Part shown: piece by piece, positions 56,196-64,000 of the stretch
Numbering within the stretch: position 1 is the first letter of the stretch
How the letters are laid out: each line of letters begins with the position of its first letter
NCBI RefSeq assembly: GCF_009914755.1
Contig: NC_060927.1
DNA: 64,000 nucleotides
Strand: one strand, 5' to 3'
Source: the human T2T-CHM13v2.0 reference genome, Homo sapiens
Program-made: the position numbers and the translations under genes
The notes under the pieces: generated by a model
The model's input: the letters and a program-made list of their open reading frames with translations, nothing else
Told to the model about the DNA's origin: nothing
Database searches by the model: none

Positions 56196-57136
56196 TAGTA
56201 GTAACTCCATTCAGCATTTAAAATTTCATTCTGCACATAGTGGGCATGCAAAAAAAAAAATGCTGACTTTTGACTGATAACTCTGTTGTGTCCCTGTAAA
56301 TCTATTTCCTATTATACTAGAATTATCCTATTATACTAGAATTTCTAGATCATAGATTTACAATCTACCATAAAGTAAAGATAAACTTCATAAGTTCTTC
56401 TGTGTATTTCTAATCATGGTCAGTGATCCTTAGTTTTATTCTGGGTTTGGGTGCTATTCCTAAAGGATAAAGCAGTATGTAGTCTATGCAAACCTTGACT
56501 ACTCAAGGAATGCTACAAAAATACAGCCATTTGAGATTATGACTTTTTTCCCATGGTCTCTTTTATTTTTATCTCCTGATTTGAGACCACCAGATTCTGC
56601 ATCCTTTGTCTGATGGTGATGATTCTGGATTGCATTTAAATTAGGACCTTAAGTCCTCTTAACCTTAGCCAACAACCTTTAATAATTATCAGTCTCCAAT
56701 TTGTGAGTTGCAATTGTCTTTTTGTGGAAGGAAAACTTAGTACATGTGTATATCATTTTTTGCAAAGGAAAAAACATATTTCAAATTGCAAGATAATTAT
56801 TTTGGCACAACTTGTATGGCTAGTTCAAATTGGACACTGTAAAAGTTTTGAAAGAAACTCACTTTGTAAAAGTAGGAGAGTTTCTCTTTTATAATAAGAT
56901 TGGGGTCTTAAGGTAAAGTGAGTTCGAGAGATTTTGTATCTTTGAAAAAGACCACAGTGCTGAAGGTTAAGCCATTTTCCCTTTGATTCTGGGTTTGAAA
57001 TAGGTGATAGCCTGAGATCTTGATTTTACCGCTACTTTGCAACACCTTAAACAGAAACTGTACAAGGAATAAAATACTTCTGAAGTTCACCATTTCTAGG
57101 AGCAAACAAGCCACATTTTAGATGTGAAGGAATTCC

Positions 57137-57411
57137 TTTTTTTTGAGACCAAGTTTCAGGCTGGAGTGCAGTGGCATAATCTCGGCTCCTGCAACCTCCG
57201 CCTCCTGGGTTCAAGCAATTCTCCTGCCTCAGCCTTCCTGAGTAGCTGAGATTACAGGCATGCGCCACCATGCCCAGCTAATTTTGTATTTTAGTAGAGA
57301 CAGGGTTTCTCTATGTTGGTCAGGCTCGTCTCGAACTCCCGACCTCAGATGATCCACCTGCCTCGGCCTCACAAAGTGCTAGGATTACAGGCGTGAGCCA
57401 CTGCGCCCAGT
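57137..57411 (-). mobile_element. AluSp-like
   Basis: tgttggtcaggct...gaactcccgacctcag; TSD gatgtgaaggaatt (57121-57134, 57412-57425). Confidence 0.92.
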
Positions 57412-60400
57412 GATGTGAAGGAATTTCTTTAACAAAACTAAATAGGGCTTATTTTTATATTTATAGATTGTTTATGACAGTGCTTTCTAGGGACTGAGAA
57501 TTATACCGTATACAGACTCACCCCAATTTAAAATTTCTTCCTTCAAACGTTAAACCTAATCCACCTCAATCCCTGACACAGTAACTGAAAGCTTCAAATT
57601 TTTGAGATTAATTCACTTGTTAATAGTGAATTTGAAATTACAAGTGGTAGGTTCTGAAATACATTTTGAAATTTTTGAAAATTAAGGATTTTATGTACAA
57701 TAAATTCTGTTTGTAAAGATTTATATTCAGTCTGTGAAGAGGACAGTATTGCAGACTTGAGCTAAATATAATCAATTCTGTGATTAGGAACTCAAATTTT
57801 AGAAGTTGATGACGTTAGTAAACTTCTAATTGTCATTTGTGAAACTTCCAATTTTCCTTGCTGACTTAGCTAGTTACTGTTACTAAGGCAAGCATTGAAG
57901 AGAGTTAACTAAGCATTCCTATTTGCCGTTTCCACACAACAAAATGTGTCTGTCTCCTGGATCTTTCTCTGCTCTATGCTGTTTACTTACTGGTAACACC
58001 CACTTGACAAGTAAAGAACCTTTGCATGGTCATCACAATGAAAGGATAAGTTCTTACAAGAGTGAGAATGCTAGAGCAACTATTCCTTTTCACCTTCTAC
58101 AGAAACCAGTGACTTTCGAGTATGTGTACCACAAAAAGTTGTGTAAGGAGTGTATTGAGAATCTCCCATGACTAAGTTGTCTGAGGAAGAGTTCAGTAAA
58201 TTTGTATTCTTCATGCAAATTGAAGTCCTCTGTTTTGGTGCTATTGCCTCTGAGTATAAGGAAGGATTTGTGAGTAATCTTATGTTGAAACATAGTACTT
58301 CTGGTAATGATTAGAAAATATGTTTAGACCACACTTACAAGAATTTCTCTTTATTACATTAGCTTTTCTTTTTGAATTAATTGAAGAATTCTTAAATTGT
58401 CCCACTTATACGACATAGCCAAAGAGTTTGGATGATCATCTTTGGTCTAAATTTTCACTAGCACTTGAACAGTCAGTGAAGAATGGCAAGGGTGAGGACC
58501 AAAGGGTGAACTTTGCTTGCAGTAGTGCATGTGCTTTCAGAATCTTGCATGCACCCTGTGATCTTCACAGTTCCTGCAGCTGATCAAGGTGTAGAGAGGG
58601 CAAATGGCACAAAATACTCTAAATAATTTCCTGCTGTGGTTGGTCTTTGGTTTCTGAGTGTCACCTGGCTTAGCTCTTTCATTACCAGGCATTTAGAGAG
58701 TAAAAATTAGCACAGGATAAACACTGGGTTTGCCTTCTAAGGTTTAATTACTCATCCTAATAAAAGAAAGACATCCTTGAATCTGTGCAGAGTATGTGAA
58801 ACAGAGTCAGGGTAAAGTATGTGAAACAGAAGGAACTTTGCTTGCTTGCTTTCTGACATTTGGATTATCCAAATGCTGGCAGACATCAGAAGCATTATGT
58901 AAAGTGTTCTACAAATTTGTTACTCAGAAATAATTTCGACTCTCTTAACTAATTGATAAAATTGAATCTATCATAGAAACTTGGCTTTGTAGAATCCAAC
59001 TCCCTCAGAAAAAGTTACCAATTTAAGACGATGTTTGAAAGGTTTTGTTATAGCTTATAAAACCTAGACAATAAAAAGACTCTCTGTCTTTTCTCTAGGA
59101 AGTCTTTTTCTCTAGCAATTTGTTTAAAGAACTATCAGAGTGATGAATTCTCTATATATAGGTTGCTTGTATGCATTCAAATCTCTAGTCTGCTGAAAGC
59201 TGTTTACTCTTCTCTGGGTTCTTAGCATCAAATACGTAATAAGTCACCAATGAGTATATTTCTGATTCTTTCATTGATCAGTTAGTTCATCTGGACTAAT
59301 TGGGGAAAAAGCCAAAGCTAAATAATAGAAAATTCTGAGTAAAAACCTTTTTATGGGTATCATTTGTAATTTAAAAGTCAAAGCAGAAATAAATTAAGCT
59401 AATAGTTTATATCTTACTAGGCATTAGAAAATAATTTTATGATAACTATAACTAGTAGTTATGTGTAAATGAGTGCTGAATTGAGGTATTTGAAAGCAAC
59501 TTATTTTTAAGTAATTTTATCATTTACATATAGTATTATATTTATGTAGAAAAAATTATAAAAACGTTTATTTTATCCCTTTTTAAGGGATGTCAAAGTC
59601 TATATTCAAAAAATTGAATTAACCACTATTTGTGCCTTGAATACATGGGAGGCATTTTTTATTGTTTACTTTGAGATAAGATAGAAACCTCTCAGTTTTA
59701 AAAATATTTTTCTTAACAGAGGGGATATCTACTCTTTATAAAAATCAGTGATTGCATAATTTAAGGTAGTATAAGGCATGCTACCAATTTATAAAAACTA
59801 ACCTGTGCCTTCTATCCCAGCTGTTCTTACAGAAATTAAGTTTCACTTTCTCATCAGGCTATGGTTGAGAAGTATGTCTCATTTATAGTGCCTTCTGTGA
59901 TCTTAGGACATGTGACTAAACTTGAATAAAAGTTAAGGCTGTATGACATTTCTGGTACCTTCATGATGCAAAATTTAATCCCACACTACCATAAATAGAT
60001 GGCAGTGAGATCTTCTGATCTCATAAGTGTAATTTTTATTTATGAAAGATTTTAGACTTATCCACATTTTATTGGAAAGTGTTTTTGTGTTCTTTGCTTT
60101 GATCTGTAGTTGTGTAATAGAAAACAAACAACAAAAAAGCCAGCATAACAATATTTTAGTAGGTTCTTTTCCTTAAGTAGATACTGTAATTTGCTTTTAG
60201 TGGTTGCATTGGGGCCGGTGGACTTCATTGTATGGTATTATTTATTAGGGGTTTAGCAAACATCTAGATGTATTCAAATGGCTATGTCTTAGTATCAGTG
60301 TGTTTTTAGAATAAACTGTGTTATGTTTGTTTAGCTCCCCACATGCTTTTGGAGAATATACAATTAAAAAGCTTAAAAACAGATAATCTTTTTCATTTAG

Positions 60401-60787
60401 GAAACTTACCTGCCTCTCTTCATTTCACTGGGTTCACTTCTAGAATGACTTTTAAGACTACAGATGTCTAACGATTTATGAATCAGACATGAGGTTTGGC
60501 ACACAGATAAATGTGATTTCAGACAGCATCCTTCTCACTAACTTGCTGCCTTCTTGGAATAAGAATTTCCAAGATGTCTCAGGAGGTACCAAGGGAGCAG
60601 CAACAAGGCCTAATGATCACTTCTTCAAGAATTTATCCCAAGAAATGCATTGTATCTTAAGTTGGGGAACACTTTTACCTACTCAAAAATCTTTTGAGGT
60701 ATTCAGATAAATCCATGATCTGAGTTTTATGTTAATAGTTTTACAGTGTCATAGTGTGGTAATTAAGTGTAGAATTTTAACCTCTGA

Positions 60788-61073
60788 GGCTGGGCGCAGT
60801 GGCTCACGCCTGTAATCTTAGCATTTTGGAAGGCTGAGGCAGAAGAATTGCTTGAGACCAGCCCAGGCAACATGGCGAAACCTTGTCTCTACAGAAAAAT
60901 ACAAAAATTAGCTGAGTGTGGTGGATCATGCCTATAGTCACAGCTACTGGGGATGCTGAGGTGGGAGGGTAGTTTAAGCAAGGGAGTTTGAGGTGGCAGT
61001 GAGCCTAGTTGGCACTATTGTACTCCAGCCTGGGTGACAGAAGACCCTATCTCAAAAAAAAAAAAAAAAAAAA
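60788..61073 (+). mobile_element. AluJ-like with left-arm deletion
   Basis: ggctgggcgcagtggctcacgcc...gaggtgggagg...ggagtttgagg...poly(A). Confidence 0.9.
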
Positions 61074-61829
61074 CTGAAAGAAAAATAAATTTAATCTCTG
61101 GTGAGTATTAAAAGATGTTGCTTTGGATGTAAGCATTTATGAATAAGTTTTATTGCCGCCCCCCCCCCCCAATAAGTAGCCCTGTGCTACTTATTTGAGG
61201 CAGTGTTAGCAAAAATCTTAAGTAGCAACAGAATAAACAATAGTTTTGCTTCTAAAGAAGAAAGTTACGAATACATAGTTTTCTGAGGTTTAATAACTAC
61301 ACTGTTTTCACAAAATGTGTTGGTATTGTGTATGCCATGGCTTTGATTCTCATCACCTTGTAACATATTTGAAGGGATATAAGCTGCCAGATATTCCAGC
61401 ATTGCTAAATGAGTCCTGGAAATATCAAAGCCAGGTATCAAAAGCCAGCTATATTTTGTTCGCCAGTGAAATTTCTTTAGCAGCGGCAAACATATCCCAT
61501 CTGCTGTGCCTGTCTCAAGCCAGTAGCGGAACCTCAAGTACTCTCCACATTGCATTTAATCTTTATCTTTCTATCATTATGACCCTCCGTGTTGGGAGAT
61601 ATTTTCACTTTACATCATAATAATAAAATAAAAGGACACTACTAATTGTGTATGGTGAGTCTAGCTGATTAGGGTGTGTGTTAATTAGTTTGAGGTCACA
61701 GGCTTATCCTTGGAGAAACCAGTTAGCTCTTACAGGCAGGAAGCCAAGGTTCTGAAGTCTAACCGATCTGGTTAAAACTGTACAGAGTAGGATTCAGAAA
61801 ACTTTGTATTTAATCAACCTATGCCAAAG

Positions 61830-62720
61830 TCTGAGTTCTGTGTTTTATTTCTATCACCTTCCCACTTAAACCTGCTGTACGTCTGGTAATTTGTCTTGTT
61901 AATAGCACCATTATCCAACCACCCAGACCAGAAACATGGGACACATCCTAGACTCTTTTCACTCTCTTCTGCCCCACGTGTAATTATCCTTCATGCAGTT
62001 AAATTCTAACTCTTAAATACTTCAGCTCATTCCTACATTGCCTCCTTAGTCCTCTTTCATCATATGTCTCTTGTGCAGTTCTAATAACTATACATGGCTG
62101 TTCATAGAATAATATTGATAAATATCCTAATATTTAGCAGTTGAATGGTTTTTCTCTACCTGTCCACTGCCAAAAATAAATAAGTAAATCATTCTTCTAT
62201 ACCACTACAACTGGAGTGACCTTTATAAAGGCAAGTCTGGACTTTGTTGTAAATTCACTGGTGTTTCCTACTGCCCATAGAATCAAGACCTAACTTCTTA
62301 ACACAGTAAACAAAGCTCTTCATTATCTGGCCCAAGCCAACTTATCCAGTCCAGTTTTATCCCTTATCTCTCATAGATACATATACCCTAACCTCCCACA
62401 TGAACTGGGTGTGCCTCTTGCACACTATTCTTGTGTGCCTTGTTTGGTTAGCTTCTACACATGGAGTCACTCTGCATGTGGTGTCCTGCCTCCCATTGTT
62501 TGCCTGGTAGCTGGACCTGGCTCACATTTTATCCACTCTGGAACAACTCCCTTGACCACCTTTCTTGACACCTTTTCCAGCAGAGGTAAGCCATCTGCTT
62601 CTGACCACCTTTGTGCCACACTTCACACTATGCTGCAAGGTTTCCTTTTCCCACTAGATTGGTGCTCTGTGTCATTTTGCCTTTTTCATTTTCTTATGGC
62701 CAAAGCAGAGCCCAGTACCA
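61830..62720 (+). mobile_element. L2 LINE fragment
   Basis: cccagaccagaaacatgggacacatcctagactc; ctggagtgacctttataaa; cccactagatt. Confidence 0.65.
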
Positions 62721-64000
62721 AATTAATGTGTCTACTTTAAATTACTTTGCTTTTTTTTTGGTCTCATTTTCTTCTTGGTTACAAACACTTTATAAACAGA
62801 GAAACTGCCTAAAATGGTTACACTCTTTACTGAGCTCCCAAATGTATAAACCCAAGAGCTATTTATCTGAGAAAGAAGTCGTGTTCTTACTATTTTCTGT
62901 TTCATTTAGCATCTTTTTCTTTTTTAGTTTTGGTTTGCATTCCAACTGTTTATTATTCATGTCATAGGTCCTTTTTACTTTCTTTTCAGGATCTTAAATA
63001 CTAAGATATTAGTATACTTATTAAAGAAATATGTGCGGCATACTTTCTGACTTAATGTGGGTGTTGGTGCTCTATGCATTGGTAATGTATGTCGGAAAAT
63101 GTTGGCTTAATTGGTATGTGCAGATATTTGTTGAATAAGAGGAGAACCATTGTTATAAAGCATCTAAATTATGAGAATGGGCGTCCTTTTCAGCATTTTA
63201 AATTAGGGTTGTATATGGATTCTTATAGTGGGATGTCTGGTGGTGAGATGTGGAAAAACAGAATTGTTAATATTTCAGCGGTTCAAGTTCATTCTTCCCT
63301 TAATAGCAAAAATCAGCAGTCTGTTCACAAGGTTTTGTTTTCTTCTGGTTCATGATAGGGCTGTATCTTAGATAAAACAATACTGATGGATTTAGCCATC
63401 TGATACAAATAGCAAGATATAAATCCTACTGTACAGTGGCTATTACCCATACTCTTTTTTGGCTGTCCCTCAGTAGAGATGCCTTTAGACCAGATGGGGT
63501 TTTCATCCACAAGGATTATTGCACCTTGCTTTTACAGAGACACCCCCAATCTCTAGCACTGTCTCTCTTGCTCAGTTTCCAACATCCTGTATTTACTGCT
63601 TTGACTCTAACTTCATCTGCTCAATACTGTAAATTCCTAACCTTATATCTTAAGGCTCTGACACCCTGGACTTAAACGTCCACAGTTTGTTGCCTGAAGT
63701 CTCTCACATGGCTTGTTTTACCCCCTTATAGGAATTTACAGGTTCCCATTTCCTCATCTCTCAGATACCCCTGTTTAGAAGGTCTCCTTTTCCAACTAGT
63801 ACCAATCCTGTCTCCACCCGTCTTTCAAGAAGCAAAGTGCTTGGAGACCTCTTTTTCCTTGTTCTTACAGCTCTTTACTTACAGTGATATTTCCTGTTAT
63901 TTAAACTGCTTCTAAGATTCTTCTTCTTGCAGAAAGCTATCTTGGATTGATAAAGTAAAACCTCTTAATTTTCCTGACCTTTATCCATTACTGGATGCCA

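Larger units (their letters stand above)
51299..64000 (+). other. TIPARP: TIPARP intron 2 (continues past window end)
   Basis: Starts gtatgt; no later TIPARP coding exon (canonical WWE or PARP catalytic) recognisable in the window. Confidence 0.85.

Overview
Human (primate) genomic DNA: the 5' part of the TIPARP (PARP7/ARTD14) locus on the + strand. About 1-46,600 is repeat-rich upstream DNA (Alu, L1, L2, MIR, L3/CR1, MaLR LTRs, hAT and Tigger DNA transposons). A CpG-island promoter at ~46,630-48,500 carries a non-coding exon 1 (donor after 47,479) and two further strong donors (after 48,075 and 48,462). The 958-bp exon 2 (50,341-51,298) holds the start codon at 50,382 and encodes residues 1-305, including the basic NLS and the CCCH zinc finger. 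Intron 2 runs to the end of the window. No prokaryotic features are present and I found no convincing wholly new system. Best leads: a strong-Kozak uORF in exon 1; a possible intron-2 read-through, catalytic-domain-less isoform with a hydrophobic tail; a cryptic WWE-like segment after the zinc finger; candidate AHR, RAR/STAT and NRF2 enhancers; and three short-range non-tandem duplications that look like templated insertions. Repeat subfamily calls and boundaries were made by eye and are approximate.
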